A stretch of 64,000 nucleotides of DNA from Coriobacteriia bacterium. Lineage in GTDB: Bacteria; Actinomycetota; Coriobacteriia; Anaerosomatales; JAJZPX01. Where the stretch lies: assembly GCA_036504755.1 (NCBI GenBank), contig DASXUP010000007.1, positions 209,687 through 273,686 of the forward strand, in the 5' to 3' direction. The translations under genes were made by a program, and so were the position numbers. The notes beneath the pieces are model-generated. The model had not been told where the DNA came from. It did no database searches and saw nothing but the letters and a program-made list of their open reading frames with translations. This document shows, piece after piece, positions 52,709 through 63,205 of the stretch. Each line of letters starts with the position of its first letter. Position 1 is the first letter of the stretch.

Positions 52709-53494
52709 CTAGTGCTCGCCGGCGTGGACCGCACCGCCGATGTAGACCGCTGTAAGGATCGCGAACACGTACGCCTGGATCAGCGCGACGAAGACCTCGA
52801 ACGCGTACATGATGATCTGCAGCGCGAGCGGCAGGACCGCCAGCACCTTGACCGGACCGGCGGCCTCGGAGAGAAGCACGACGAACAGCGCGAAGACTCC
52901 GAGCGTGACGTGGCCCGCGTACATGTTGGCGAAGAGTCGGACCGACAGCGTCAGCGGCCGCACCAGGTGGCTGATGACCTCGAGCAGCCACACGAACAGC
53001 TTCAGCGGGAGCGGCACGTCGCCCGAGGGCGCAAAGCTCTTGATGTAGCCCCACGCGCCGTGCTTCTGGAAGCCGATGAAGTTGTAGAGCAGGAAGACCA
53101 TGACGGCCCACGTGACCGTCGTGCCCATCGTGCCGGTGCCCGGCTTCGCGCCGGGGATCAGCCCGATGAGATTGTTGAACAAGATGAAGAAGAACGCCGT
53201 GGCCACGAACGGGAAGTACTTCTTCCCCTCGGGCCCGATCACGTCGATGCAGATGCCGTCGCGCACGAACTCGACGCCCATCTCGGCGAGGTTGCCGACG
53301 CCCTTCGGGACCAGCGACACCTTGCGAGACGCGACGATGAAGAACACGAGCGTGACGACGAACGCCACAAGCAGCCAGAACATGTAGTTGGTGAGCACGA
53401 ACGGGCCGCCCAGCACAGGGACCTTGTGGCCGTTCACCGTCATTACGCTGAGCTCGTGGAGCAGCTCTTCTACGCCCGGACCGATCTTATCCAC
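52709..53494 (-). CDS. atpB: Fo ATP synthase subunit a
   Basis: LTLSVRLFANMYAGH (essential Arg) and 5-6 TM helices. Confidence 0.93.
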   Translation of the reverse strand: MDKIGPGVEELLHELSVMTVNGHKVPVLGGPFVLTNYMFWLLVAFVVTLVFFIVASRKVSLVPKGVGNLAEMGVEFVRDGICIDVIGPEGKKYFPFVATAFFFILFNNLIGLIPGAKPGTGTMGTTVTWAVMVFLLYNFIGFQKHGAWGYIKSFAPSGDVPLPLKLFVWLLEVISHLVRPLTLSVRLFANMYAGHVTLGVFALFVVLLSEAAGPVKVLAVLPLALQIIMYAFEVFVALIQAYVFAILTAVYIGGAVHAGEH

Positions 53495-53503
53495 GGAAGC
53501 CTG

Positions 53504-53950
53504 CTACCTCCTTCGTGTGACGCCGGTCGCCAGACCGCCGAACCTGAACAGCTCAACGCTCGCGGAGACCAGGAAGCCGGCCACCAGAGCGATTCCGAAG
53601 AACGAGAGCGCCGCGCGGGCGAAGACGTAGTAGGCCGCGAGGGATGCCAGGGCGGCGCACATCACGGCCGCGTTCGCGACGAGGACCTTCGCCATGCCGA
53701 TGGCGGGGTCGTCGGGTGTGATCAGCCTGGAGGCGCGGCGCGAGGCGAACAGCAGGCCGACCCCGAGCGCGAGTCCGAGGACCGCAGCGAGGAGCGGATC
53801 CGCCAGCAGCGCCGGGGCGCCGATCGAGACAGTTGGAGCGGACAGTTTCCCAGACCCCCATACACACGCGTCGTACTTGCCGGTCGGCCTCGTGAGCCCT
53901 CCCCGAACGGACGCACAAGACCCCGGCGGCGCGTAGGAGAGACCGGACAC
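53504..53950 (-). CDS. Small membrane protein upstream of atpB, possible AtpI-like protein (start uncertain)
   Basis: Three hydrophobic segments in the C-terminal 100 aa and a position typical of atpI. The N-terminal third has non-coding-like composition and no SD precedes the GTG at 53950. Confidence 0.4.
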   Translation of the reverse strand: MSGLSYAPPGSCASVRGGLTRPTGKYDACVWGSGKLSAPTVSIGAPALLADPLLAAVLGLALGVGLLFASRRASRLITPDDPAIGMAKVLVANAAVMCAALASLAAYYVFARAALSFFGIALVAGFLVSASVELFRFGGLATGVTRRR

Positions 53951-54022
53951 GAGCGTGCCCGCCGCCTAGCGAGTGCAGGAGGTTGCCTGTCGGCCCGGGG
54001 GGAGGGGCCAGAAAGCGTGACA

Positions 54023-54051
54023 ATCGTACAACAAGTGTTCGGGGGCAACAA
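54023..54051 (-). promoter_or_regulatory. Candidate atp operon promoter TTGTTG-17-TACGAT
   Basis: Read on the minus strand in the 122-nt wecA-atp gap, which is a locally AT-richer stretch. Confidence 0.35.
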
Positions 54052-54072
54052 GGAATCCTCGAACGGGCCGGG

Positions 54073-55164
54073 TCAGTCGTCGTATCCCTGCACGTCCGAG
54101 TGCATGTGGACAGCCTCGAACAGTCCCAGCCAGCTCGCCATGAGCGCTGACAGGACGCCGAGGACGACGAACGCGCCGAGCTTGATGAAGCCGGGCACGT
54201 AGCGCATCGCGTACCCCCCGACGGCCAGGCCGATCGACCAGACGTAGATGATGACGACCGTCTGGCGCTGGTTGAACCCGCGGTCGAGCAGACGATGGTG
54301 GATGTGCCCGCGGTCGGCCTCCTGGATCGGCTGCCCATGCCGGGCGCGCCGGATGATCGCCGAGGCGGTGTCGAAGATCGGCACGCCGATGACGAGCAGC
54401 GGCACCACGAGCGTGATGGCCACGACGGACTTCATCACGCCCAGAAGGGAGATGCAGGCGAGCGCGAAGCCCAGGAAGAGCGCACCTGAGTCGCCCATGA
54501 TGATCGACGCCGGGTTGAAGTTGTATCGCAGGAAGCCCAGGCAGCAGCCGATGAGCACCGCGGCGAGCGTCGCCGCGACGAGCTGGTTGCCCTGTACCGC
54601 CAGCACGAGGAAGCTCGTGACCGCGATGGCCGTGACACCGGCCGCCAGGCCGTCGAGACCGTCGATGAGGTTGATGACGTTGGTGAACCCGAGTATCCAG
54701 AGCAGCGTTATCGGGTAGCTCAGGAACCCGATGTCGACTAGACCGCCGCCGAGGGGATTGCCGAGGAACTCCACCTTGAGGCCCATCGCGATGACGATGA
54801 ACGCGGCCAGCAGCTGCCCGCCGAACTTCACGCCGGGGCTGAGAGTGAACACGTCGTCGACCACGCCGACCGCGAATATGACCAGCAGGCCGAGCAGAAC
54901 GCCCACGAGCTGCCCGTCCGCCCTGAGCATCCCGCCGCCCCATCCGACGTAGCGCTCCCCCACGTACTCGACGACGAACGCCGCGGCGAACCCGGCGAAC
55001 ATGGCGAGACCGCCGAGACGGGAGATGGCGCCGGTGTGCACCTTGCGTCCTCCGCCGTGGTCCAGGATGCCGCGCCGCAGGGACCACGAGCGCACCAGCG
55101 GGGTCAGCGCCAGCGTGACGGCCGCGGCGACGGCCAGGAGGAACAGGTAGTGCTTCCAACCCAC
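54073..55164 (-). CDS. wecA: Polyprenyl-phosphate N-acetylhexosamine-1-phosphate transferase (MraY/WecA/TagO family)
   Basis: VDDVFTLSP, NLIDGLDGLA, GDSGALFLGF, HIHHRL. Position immediately upstream of the atp operon, as in mycobacteria (rfe). Confidence 0.88.
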   Translation of the reverse strand: MGWKHYLFLLAVAAAVTLALTPLVRSWSLRRGILDHGGGRKVHTGAISRLGGLAMFAGFAAAFVVEYVGERYVGWGGGMLRADGQLVGVLLGLLVIFAVGVVDDVFTLSPGVKFGGQLLAAFIVIAMGLKVEFLGNPLGGGLVDIGFLSYPITLLWILGFTNVINLIDGLDGLAAGVTAIAVTSFLVLAVQGNQLVAATLAAVLIGCCLGFLRYNFNPASIIMGDSGALFLGFALACISLLGVMKSVVAITLVVPLLVIGVPIFDTASAIIRRARHGQPIQEADRGHIHHRLLDRGFNQRQTVVIIYVWSIGLAVGGYAMRYVPGFIKLGAFVVLGVLSALMASWLGLFEAVHMHSDVQGYDD

Positions 55165-55171
55165 GCTATCG

Positions 55172-55600
55172 TCAGTCCTTCTTGTCGGGCGACACCCTCA
55201 CGGGGAAGATGCCGGCCTCGGCCAGCAGCTCCTCCGACAGGGCGTCAGGGTAGGCGTCCCGGAAGTATATCTCCGAGACCCCGGCGTTGATGAGGATCTT
55301 CGCGCACAGCACGCACGGCTGGTGCGTAGTGTAGATGACCGAGCCCTCGATGGCCGTACCGTACAGCGCCGCCTGGATCACCGCGTTCTGCTCCGCGTGG
55401 ATGCCGCGGCACAGCTCGTGGTGGCTTCCCGAGGCTATGCCGCGCTGCTCCCGCAGACAGCCAACCTCCTCGCAGTGCCGCAGCCCGCGCGGGGTGCCGT
55501 TGTAGCCCGTTGCCAGGATGCGGCGATCCTTCACGATGACGGCGCCGGTGTGGCGCCGCAGGCACGTCGACCGGCCGGCCACCTGCCCGGCGATCGTCAT
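55172..55600 (-). CDS. dCMP deaminase / ComEB-type cytidine-deoxycytidylate deaminase (the annotated ATG probably truncates the N-terminus)
   Basis: [10 protein letters not shown] and [13 protein letters not shown] zinc motifs. Conserved N-terminal residues RPSWDDYF lie in frame upstream of the first ATG, with no ATG/GTG/TTG available before the upp TAG (see finding). Confidence 0.85.
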   Translation of the reverse strand: MTIAGQVAGRSTCLRRHTGAVIVKDRRILATGYNGTPRGLRHCEEVGCLREQRGIASGSHHELCRGIHAEQNAVIQAALYGTAIEGSVIYTTHQPCVLCAKILINAGVSEIYFRDAYPDALSEELLAEAGIFPVRVSPDKKD

Positions 55601-55663
55601 GAAGTAGTCGTCCCAGCTGGGTCGTGTCTCGCTCGTGGTCGTGCCTTCCGCGGTCTTCGGGCC

Positions 55664-56314
55664 CTACTTCGTGCCGAACAGCCGGTCGCCTGCGTCGCCG
55701 AGGCCGGGCACGATGTAGCCGTGGTCGTTCAAGTGGGCGTCCACCGCGCATGCGTAGATCGTCACGTCCTCGCACTCGTCGATCACGCGCTGGATGCCCT
55801 CGGGCGCCGCGATGAGCACGAGGAGCTTGATCTCGCGTGCACCTCGGCGGCGCAGGAACTCGACGGCGGCTGATGCGGACCCGCCGGTGGCGAGCATGGG
55901 ATCGACGATCAGCACGTCCCGCTCGCCGATGTCCTCCGGCAGCTTGCAGTAGTACTCTACCGGCTCGAGGGTCTCCGGGTCGCGGTAGAGCCCGATGTGG
56001 CCCACACGGGCGGCCGGGATGAGTTCGAGGATGCCCTCGACCATGCCGAGGCCGGCGCGCAGGATCGGGATCACCGCCACCTTCTTGCCCGCGAGCACCT
56101 TCGTCGTGGTCTCCGTGATCGGCGTGGTGACGACGGTCTCGGCGAGATGGAAGTCGCGCGTCGCCTCGTACGCCATGAGCATCGCGAGCTCTTTCACGAG
56201 CTCCCGGAAGTCCTTGGCGCCGGTGTCGATGTCGCGCAGGTACGACAGCTTGTGCTGGATCAGCGGGTGGTCCATATGCACTACCCTGCCGGCCCACTCG
56301 GCTCGCTCGATCAC
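55664..56314 (-). CDS. upp: Uracil phosphoribosyltransferase
   Basis: [52 protein letters not shown] start with GGAAGGAG 9 nt upstream. Confidence 0.93.
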   Translation of the reverse strand: MIERAEWAGRVVHMDHPLIQHKLSYLRDIDTGAKDFRELVKELAMLMAYEATRDFHLAETVVTTPITETTTKVLAGKKVAVIPILRAGLGMVEGILELIPAARVGHIGLYRDPETLEPVEYYCKLPEDIGERDVLIVDPMLATGGSASAAVEFLRRRGAREIKLLVLIAAPEGIQRVIDECEDVTIYACAVDAHLNDHGYIVPGLGDAGDRLFGTK

Positions 56315-56345
56315 GTTTGCACGCTCCTTCCCACCGGCTGCCGGA

Positions 56346-57593
56346 TCACAGCTCAGGATACAGCGGGTGCGCGGCTAGAAGCTCGTCGACCTCCGCATGC
56401 ACGGCATCCAGGACCGACTGGTCGTCCTTGCCCCAGATGGCCTTCGCGAGAAGCTCGCCGACCCGGCGCGCCTCGGCCTCGCCGAAGCCCCGCGTGGTGA
56501 TCGCGGGAGAGCCGACCCGGATGCCCGAGGTCACGAACGGCGAGAGCGTCTCGTTCGGGATCGCGTTCTTGTTGGTGGTGATCCCGACGCCCTCGAGCAG
56601 GTTCTGCGCGTCCTTGCCGGTGACACCCGCGGGCGTCAGGTCGACGAGCAGCAGGTGGTTGTCGGTGCCGCCGGAGACGAGGCGCAGGCCGCCCTCGGCC
56701 ATCGCCTCGCCCATCACCCGGGCGTTGACGATCACCTGGTCGATGTATGTCTTGAACTCCGGCTGCATCGCCTCGTGGAAGGCGACCGCCTTCGCGGCGA
56801 TGATGTGCTCCAGCGGGCCGCCCTGCAGGCCCGGGAAGACGGCCTTGTCCAGCGCAGTCGCCCACTGCTCCTTGCACAGCACGAAGCCGGCGCGCGGACC
56901 GCGCAGCGTCTTGTGCGAGGTGGAGGTCACGAAGTCGGCGTACGGCACGGGAGACGGGTGCGCTCCGGCCGCGACGAGCCCGGCGATGTGCGCCATGTCC
57001 ACCATGAGTACCGCGCCGACCTCCTGGGCGATGCCGGCGAACCGCTCGAAGTCGATGATGCGCGGATACGCCGAGGCGCCCGCGATGATCATCTTCGGCC
57101 GATGCTCCTTCGCGAGCCGCTCGACCTCGTCGTAGTCGATGGTCTCGGTGTCCGGCTTCAAGCCGTAGGCGACGATGTCAAACCACTTGCCGGAGAAGTT
57201 GACGGGGGAGCCGTGGGTGAGATGGCCACCCATGGCGAGGCTCATCGCGAGCACGGTGTCGCCCGGGTCGCACACGGCGTAGTACACCGCGAGGTTGGCG
57301 GGAGCGCCCGCGTGCGGCTGCACGTTGGCGTGATCGGCGCCGAACAGCTTGCACGCGCGCTGCCGGGCGAGGTCCTCGACGACGTCGACCTTCTCGCAGC
57401 CGCCGTAGTAGCGTTTGCCCGGCAGGCCCTCGGCGTACTTGTTGGTGAGCACCGTGCCCATCGCCTCGAGCACGGCCATGGACGTGAAGTTCTCCGACGC
57501 GATGAGCTCGATCGTGCCGCGTTGCCGCGCGAGCTCCGCGTCGATCGCCGCGGCGATCTCCGGATCCGTACGCCTGATCGACTCCGATGCCAT
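56346..57593 (-). CDS. glyA: Serine hydroxymethyltransferase
   Basis: [49 protein letters not shown]. The track ORF is over-extended to 58235. Confidence 0.96.
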   Translation of the reverse strand: MASESIRRTDPEIAAAIDAELARQRGTIELIASENFTSMAVLEAMGTVLTNKYAEGLPGKRYYGGCEKVDVVEDLARQRACKLFGADHANVQPHAGAPANLAVYYAVCDPGDTVLAMSLAMGGHLTHGSPVNFSGKWFDIVAYGLKPDTETIDYDEVERLAKEHRPKMIIAGASAYPRIIDFERFAGIAQEVGAVLMVDMAHIAGLVAAGAHPSPVPYADFVTSTSHKTLRGPRAGFVLCKEQWATALDKAVFPGLQGGPLEHIIAAKAVAFHEAMQPEFKTYIDQVIVNARVMGEAMAEGGLRLVSGGTDNHLLLVDLTPAGVTGKDAQNLLEGVGITTNKNAIPNETLSPFVTSGIRVGSPAITTRGFGEAEARRVGELLAKAIWGKDDQSVLDAVHAEVDELLAAHPLYPEL

Positions 57594-57595
57594 GC

Positions 57596-58051
57596 CTACT
57601 CCCCTTCGGTCCCGTCGTGTCCGATCGCGCCTATCATGTCCACTCTCCGCTGATGCCGGCCGCCCTCGAAGGCGGTGCCGAGGAAGGTGTCGAGGATCCG
57701 CTCGGCCGTGGGGAGACCGGTGTAGCGGCCGGCGAGCGCAAGGACGTTCGCGTCGTTGTGCAGACGCGCCATCCGCGCGAACTCGGGGTCCGTGACCTGT
57801 ACGGCGCGGACACCGCGGACCTTGTTCGCGGCGATCGCCATCCCGAGCCCGGTGCCGCACACCAGCACGCCGAAGTCCGCGTCGCCGCGCGCGACCGCGC
57901 GGGCGACGGCGCCGGCGTACACGGGGTAGTCCACGGGCTCCTCGGCGGACGGGCCCGCATCCGTCACGTCGTGACCCCCGGCCTCCAGATACGCCTTGAC
58001 CTGCTCTTTCATAGCGAATCCCGCGTGATCGCTGCCAAGGTGGATGCGCAA
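57596..58051 (-). CDS. rpiB: Ribose-5-phosphate isomerase B
   Basis: [45 protein letters not shown]. Confidence 0.92.
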   Translation of the reverse strand: MRIHLGSDHAGFAMKEQVKAYLEAGGHDVTDAGPSAEEPVDYPVYAGAVARAVARGDADFGVLVCGTGLGMAIAANKVRGVRAVQVTDPEFARMARLHNDANVLALAGRYTGLPTAERILDTFLGTAFEGGRHQRRVDMIGAIGHDGTEGE

Positions 58052-58182
58052 AGAAGGACCTCCGGGAACCGTGACGGGACCCGCTCATTGTAGCGTATGC
58101 GCACGCGGCGCGCGGGATGAGCTGCGAACGAAGTGGGTCAGCTCGATCCCGCGAGTCGCATGGCGGCCAAGTCCGCCTGCGC

Positions 58183-58827
58183 CTAGTTCTCCAGCGCGTG
58201 CGCGGAGGCCATGATCTCCTCGGCCGGGATCGCACCCTCGCGGACCACGACGGGCTCGGGACCCGTGCAGTCCACTACGGTCGACTGCACGCCGATGTGC
58301 GCCTCGCCCGCGTCCAGCACGACGTCCGCCGAGGCGAGGATGCGCGCCTCGAGGTCCTCGAACTTCGCGACCGCGGGGATGCCGCTGGTGTTGGCCGAGG
58401 TCGACGCGATCGGCTGGCCGCTCGCGCGGATGAGCTCCTGTACGACCTCATGACTGCTGCAGCGCAGCGCGACCGTGCCGCGGTCGTCACGGAAGTCCCG
58501 GCCCACGAGGTCCGAGGCCTTCACGACGATCGTCAGCTCGCCCGGCCAGAAGCGCTTGGCGAGCGCGTGCGCATAGACGGGCACTTCGACGCCGTACCGG
58601 TCGAGGGCGTCGTCGTCCTCGACCAGCCACGGCAGCGGCTTGGATAGCGGCCGCATCTTGATGTCGAACAGTTCCTGCGCGCCGTACCAGGAATCCGACG
58701 AGGCCCCTATGCCGTAGACCGTTTCCGTCGGGAAAAGAACAACCCCGCCGTCTCTGAGTACCGAAGCGGCGAGGTTGATGACTTCTGCGGAAGGGTTCTC
58801 CGGGTCGATGTGGAACACCTTGCTCAT
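58183..58827 (-). CDS. tsaC: L-threonylcarbamoyladenylate synthase (YrdC/Sua5 family, single-domain TsaC type)
   Basis: [31 protein letters not shown]; 214 aa. Confidence 0.88.
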   Translation of the reverse strand: MSKVFHIDPENPSAEVINLAASVLRDGGVVLFPTETVYGIGASSDSWYGAQELFDIKMRPLSKPLPWLVEDDDALDRYGVEVPVYAHALAKRFWPGELTIVVKASDLVGRDFRDDRGTVALRCSSHEVVQELIRASGQPIASTSANTSGIPAVAKFEDLEARILASADVVLDAGEAHIGVQSTVVDCTGPEPVVVREGAIPAEEIMASAHALEN

Positions 58828-58990
58828 CGCAGACCGCCTCCTTGCATCGGCTCCCCCGCAGGCGTCCCACGAGGTCGCGACCGTCTACAAGTCATTCATA
58901 CCACCTCCCGCCCGGATGTGGGAGAGCCATCCGGCGCGCGGCTAGGACCGCACGCCCCGCTTCCTCGGCCGTTCGTCCTCACATCCCGCG

Positions 58991-59863
58991 CTAGCCGGGT
59001 CGCCGCCCGCTGACGACCCGCTCGCGTCCGGTCAGATCGCGTGTCACGCTGACGTCGCGCCACCTCGCGGCCTCCATCTCGCGCGCCATGCCGGCGACGC
59101 GCGTCTCGTCGAGCTCCATCGCCAGCATGCCGCCCGGAGCCAGCCACTCGGGCGCCTCGGCGACGATGTGGCGGGCCGTCTCGAGCCCGTCGTGCCCGCC
59201 GTCCAGCGCGAGACGCGGCTCGAAGCCGAGCACCTCGGCGGGCAGCGTCGGGATGTCGGCCGAGGGGATGTAGGGAGGGTTCGCGGCAATGAGCGGGACG
59301 CGCCCCTTCAGCTCTTCGGGCAGCGGCGAGAACAGGTCGCCCTCGAAGACGTTCACCCGCCCGCCCACGCCGGCGCGAGCGGCGTTGTCCCACGTCGTCT
59401 CGACGGCGAGCGGGTTGAGATCGGACGCGTAGACGACCGCCCAGGGGTTCTCGAGCGCGAGCGACACCGCGACCGCTCCGGAGCCGGTGCACAGGTCGAT
59501 CGCGATGGTCTCGTGGCCGGCCGGCAGCGCGGCGAGCGCGACGTCGACGAGCACCTCGGTCTCCGGCCGTGGGATGAACACGCCGGGGCGCACGCGCAGC
59601 ACCAGGTGGCGGAAGGGCATCTCGCCGGTCACGTACTGCAACGGCTCCCCCGCCGCGCGCCGCTCGATCCCCTCGCGGAAGCGCGCGCGCTCCTCCGGGG
59701 ACAACGGCCGGTCGTGGAACGCGTACAGCTCGACGCGCGAAAGGCCCGTCGCCGCGGAGAGGAGCCACTCGGACGAGCGTCGAGGCTCCGGGACCTGTTT
59801 GCGCGTGAAGTAGTCGGTGGTCCAGCCGAGCGCGTCGCGGATCGTCCAGACGCGCTCGGTCAC
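58991..59863 (-). CDS. prmC: Release factor glutamine N5-methyltransferase
   Basis: [10 protein letters not shown] motif [10 protein letters not shown] catalytic NPPY; directly downstream of prfA. Confidence 0.9.
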   Translation of the reverse strand: MTERVWTIRDALGWTTDYFTRKQVPEPRRSSEWLLSAATGLSRVELYAFHDRPLSPEERARFREGIERRAAGEPLQYVTGEMPFRHLVLRVRPGVFIPRPETEVLVDVALAALPAGHETIAIDLCTGSGAVAVSLALENPWAVVYASDLNPLAVETTWDNAARAGVGGRVNVFEGDLFSPLPEELKGRVPLIAANPPYIPSADIPTLPAEVLGFEPRLALDGGHDGLETARHIVAEAPEWLAPGGMLAMELDETRVAGMAREMEAARWRDVSVTRDLTGRERVVSGRRPG

Positions 59864-59889
59864 CGGTGCCCGGTCCCCGGATCGAGCAC

Positions 59890-60957
59890 CTAGACGACCG
59901 CCTTCAACCGCTCCGCGCGGTCGGCCGCCGCCAGCGCCTCGACTATCGGCTCGATGTCGCCCATGAGAACGCCGGGCAGGTTGTGCACGGTGAGTCCGAT
60001 GCGGTGGTCGGTGATGCGGTCCTGCGGGAAGTTGTACGTGCGGATCTTCTCGGAACGCGACCCGGTGCCGATCTGCGCGAGCCGCGCGGCGCCGAGCTCG
60101 GCCTGCTGCTTCTCGATCTCGATCTCGTACAGCCGCGCGCGCAGCACCCGCATCGCCGCGTCCTTGTTCTGCAGCTGCGACTTCTGGTTCTGGGAGCTGA
60201 CGACGAGCCCCGTCGGCAGGTGGGTGATGCGCACCGCGGAGTCGGTGGTGTTGACCGACTGCCCTCCCGGGCCGGAGCTGCGGAACACGTCGATCCTAAG
60301 ATCGCTCGGGTTGACCTCGACCTCGACGTCCTCGGCCTCGGGAAGCACGGCCACGGTCGCTGTCGACGTGTGGATGCGCCCGCCGGACTCCGTCTGAGGG
60401 ATCCGCTGGACGCGATGCACGCCGGACTCGAACTTCATCTTCGAGTAGACGCTGGGGCCCTTGACCGCGAAAGTCACTTCCCTGAAGCCGCCCACCTCGT
60501 TCTCGGAGGCGTCGATGACCTCGACCTTCCAGCGCCGGCCGGCGGCATAGCGCGTGTACATGTTGTACAGGTCGCCCGCGAACAGCCCCGCCTCGTCCCC
60601 GCCGGTCCCCGCGCGGATCTCCACGATGATGTTCTTGTCGTCGTTCGGGTCCTTCGGCAGCATCATCGCGTTGAGTTCGTCCTCGAGCCCCTCGCGCCGC
60701 GCCTCGGCGTCGTGCAGCGTCTCCGCCGCGAACTCGCGCATCTCCGGGTCGGACTCGGAGCGCTGCATCTCGCGGGCTTCCTCGATCTCCGCCGCCACGC
60801 CGAGGTAGGTGCGGATCTTCATCGCGAGCGCCGACATCTCGGCGTGCGACTTCGCCAGGCGCGCGTACTCCTTCTGGTCCGCCAGCACGTCCGGCTCACC
60901 CAGGCGCGCGGTGAGCTCGTCGTAGCTGTCGAGTATGGACTGGAGCTTCTCGTTCAT
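59890..60957 (-). CDS. prfA: Peptide chain release factor 1
   Basis: GGQ motif ([24 protein letters not shown]). RF1-type tripeptide region [18 protein letters not shown], i.e. PQT at the PxT position. Confidence 0.96.
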   Translation of the reverse strand: MNEKLQSILDSYDELTARLGEPDVLADQKEYARLAKSHAEMSALAMKIRTYLGVAAEIEEAREMQRSESDPEMREFAAETLHDAEARREGLEDELNAMMLPKDPNDDKNIIVEIRAGTGGDEAGLFAGDLYNMYTRYAAGRRWKVEVIDASENEVGGFREVTFAVKGPSVYSKMKFESGVHRVQRIPQTESGGRIHTSTATVAVLPEAEDVEVEVNPSDLRIDVFRSSGPGGQSVNTTDSAVRITHLPTGLVVSSQNQKSQLQNKDAAMRVLRARLYEIEIEKQQAELGAARLAQIGTGSRSEKIRTYNFPQDRITDHRIGLTVHNLPGVLMGDIEPIVEALAAADRAERLKAVV

Positions 60958-61054
60958 GCCTCTAGCATCCGCTTTCGAGTGGTGGGATCCCCGGCATGCA
61001 ACGATACCACTTGGTCTGCCGGGGACGCCGATGACGCAGCAAGCATGGTGCCGC

Positions 61055-62014
61055 CTAGGTGAGATCCTCCCCCGGCGCCTCGGGCGCCGCCTCGGCGGTC
61101 CGTGCCTCGGCGAGTTCGCGCTCGATCACGGGCGTAACTGCCGCGACCGCGACCTCGATCATCGAGTCGTCCGGCGGACGCGTGGTCATGCGCTGCAGCT
61201 GCATCCCCGGCCACAGGAGCACCTTGACGAGCGGGTTGCCCTCGTGCGTCCCGGCCCACTTCACCGTGATCTCGTAGGCCAGCCCGGCAACGACCGGGAG
61301 CAGCAGGATGTGCGACAGGATGCGCGGTACTAGGGGCTTGATCGGCACCAGCATGTATACGAGCATCGCGACGATCATGACCATCAGCAGGAACGACGTG
61401 CCGCAACGCACGTGCAGCGTCCCGTAGCGGTGCGCGTGCTCGGCGTCGAGCGGATCGCCGTGCTCGTAGGTGTGGATGATCTCGTGCTCGGCGCCGTGAT
61501 AGGCGAACACGCGCTGGACGTCCTTCACGCGGCCGACCGCCCACAGGTACGCGAAGAACACGCCGAGGCGCAGCACGCCGTTGACGAGGTTCCACAGCAG
61601 CAGGTTGTCGCGGATCGTGCGGCCGAGCAGGTTGGTCGCAACCGCCGGCAGCACGATGAAGAGCCCGACCGCGAGCGCCAGACCGAGGACCAGCGTGAAA
61701 GCGACCTCGGCCGAGGAGAGAGTCGCGGGGGCCTCGCCCTCTTCGCCCCCATCGCCCACGGCCGCGTGCTCGGCGGAGATCGCGAACGCCTGCAACGCCA
61801 GGCGGATCGTCTCGTAGAAGCCCCAAACGCCGCGGATCACCGGCCAGCGCAGCCACGCGTGCTCGCGTGCGGCCGAGTGCGGGAGGTCGTGCTCCTCGAC
61901 ATGTATGTGGCCGCCGGACTCGCGCACGGCCACAGCCCAGTTGAACTTGCCGCGCATCATGACGCCCTCGAGGACGGCCTGACCGCCTATGTGCGTGCGT
62001 TCGACCTCGGACAC
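61055..62014 (-). CDS. DUF1385-family membrane protein
   Basis: [15 protein letters not shown] signature, followed by [11 protein letters not shown] and several TM helices. GTG at 62014 with GAGGAAGGAAG upstream, overlapping the upstream TAG by 1 nt. Confidence 0.75.
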   Translation of the reverse strand: MSEVERTHIGGQAVLEGVMMRGKFNWAVAVRESGGHIHVEEHDLPHSAAREHAWLRWPVIRGVWGFYETIRLALQAFAISAEHAAVGDGGEEGEAPATLSSAEVAFTLVLGLALAVGLFIVLPAVATNLLGRTIRDNLLLWNLVNGVLRLGVFFAYLWAVGRVKDVQRVFAYHGAEHEIIHTYEHGDPLDAEHAHRYGTLHVRCGTSFLLMVMIVAMLVYMLVPIKPLVPRILSHILLLPVVAGLAYEITVKWAGTHEGNPLVKVLLWPGMQLQRMTTRPPDDSMIEVAVAAVTPVIERELAEARTAEAAPEAPGEDLT

Positions 62015-62460
62015 TAGCTTCCTTCCTCGCGGCCGAAGAGCCGCTTGTAGCCGGAGGACACCTCGGCCGGGATGTCTGCCTGGAACGCCAGCCACACGAG
62101 GTATACCACCACGGGCACGAGCGCGAATGACGCGCGAGGCTGGCTCGTCCAGTAGGGGCCGCCGGGCAGCGGAAGGACGTCGAACGCGGCCAGCCCGATC
62201 AGCACGCTCGCGGCGAACGCGGTGTTCACCGAGTGCCTCTGACGCTCGCGGTACGCGGCCGCGCGCCCAGGCCCGACCGAGTCACGGCTCGCCGCCCACA
62301 GCCAGATCAGCGGCCGGACGGCGATGAAGAACAGCACCCACAGGATCGCGGTCGCGAGCTCGTCGAACCGGCCCGACAGCAGGATCAGCCACGCCACCGC
62401 GGCCAGCGGCGGGGCGATGATGAACACGTCGATCGCGGCCTGATCGAGCCGGCGCCTCAC
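62014..62460 (-). CDS. Hypothetical 4-TM membrane protein
   Basis: Hydrophobic segments are present. I prefer the GTG at 62460, which forms a GTGA overlap with the thyX stop. No family recognised. Confidence 0.5.
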   Translation of the reverse strand: MRRRLDQAAIDVFIIAPPLAAVAWLILLSGRFDELATAILWVLFFIAVRPLIWLWAASRDSVGPGRAAAYRERQRHSVNTAFAASVLIGLAAFDVLPLPGGPYWTSQPRASFALVPVVVYLVWLAFQADIPAEVSSGYKRLFGREEGS

Positions 62461-63134
62461 CGCTTCGGCGCCTTCGGGTACGGGTCGCCGCACGTCATCG
62501 TGCCCTCAGGGCACGGCCCGCGGCGGCACGCCGCGCCGGCGTCCATGAAGATGTAGGGCGCCGTGGGCTCGGCGAGCGCGAGTATCGCCAGCGCCAGCTC
62601 CCGGATCTCCCACTGAGCGCGCTTGCAGCACCGAAGCGTGAGGAAGTGCAGCAGCTCCCGGCAGTTCATCGTCACGACGATCTTGCTCTCGGCCGCGTTC
62701 GGAAGCACGTAGCGGGCGTCCTCGGCAGGGATGCCGGCCGCCAGCAGGGCGCGATATGCCTCCCATGCCGCGCTCATCGCGGCGTCGAAGACGTCCGCCC
62801 CCTCGGCCGAGGTGAGCACCGTGGGCGGCACGACGAACGCTTCCGTCTCCGCCTTCACGTAGCGCTGCGACTGCTGGTTGTAGCTCGCGAGCCGGTGCCG
62901 CACCAGCTGATGCGTGAGCGCGCGGGAGACGCCGTCGACCGCGAACGTGTAGCTCGCGTGCTCGAGCGCGGAGAGGTGACCGGAGCGCATGATCGTCCGC
63001 AGCACCTTGCGGACGGCGTCGTCGCTCATCGCTTCGAGCAGCTCCGCCGCGCCCACCGGCGCGTAACACAGCCGAGCGGCGGCCGCGATGGCGCGCTCGG
63101 GCTCGGGCGTATGGTTGAGGAGACGGACGTCCAC
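62457..63134 (-). CDS. thyX: FAD-dependent thymidylate synthase ThyX, with a short Cys-containing C-terminal tail
   Basis: ThyX motif RHRLASYNQQSQRY. GTG start with GGAGGG upstream. Confidence 0.92.
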   Translation of the reverse strand: MDVRLLNHTPEPERAIAAAARLCYAPVGAAELLEAMSDDAVRKVLRTIMRSGHLSALEHASYTFAVDGVSRALTHQLVRHRLASYNQQSQRYVKAETEAFVVPPTVLTSAEGADVFDAAMSAAWEAYRALLAAGIPAEDARYVLPNAAESKIVVTMNCRELLHFLTLRCCKRAQWEIRELALAILALAEPTAPYIFMDAGAACRRGPCPEGTMTCGDPYPKAPKR

Positions 63135-63157
63135 GAATTTCCCTCCGGGAAGAAGAA

Positions 63158-63181
63158 GGGAGGCGAGTCGCCTCGCCTCCC
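63158..63181 (-). terminator. Stem-loop after rpmE (intrinsic terminator or attenuator before thyX)
   Basis: gggaggcgag-tcgc-ctcgcctccc gives a perfect 10-bp stem. On the minus strand it is followed by CTTCTTCTTCCC. Confidence 0.55.
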
Positions 63182-63205
63182 CATTCTACCAGTCACTTGC
63201 GGCGG

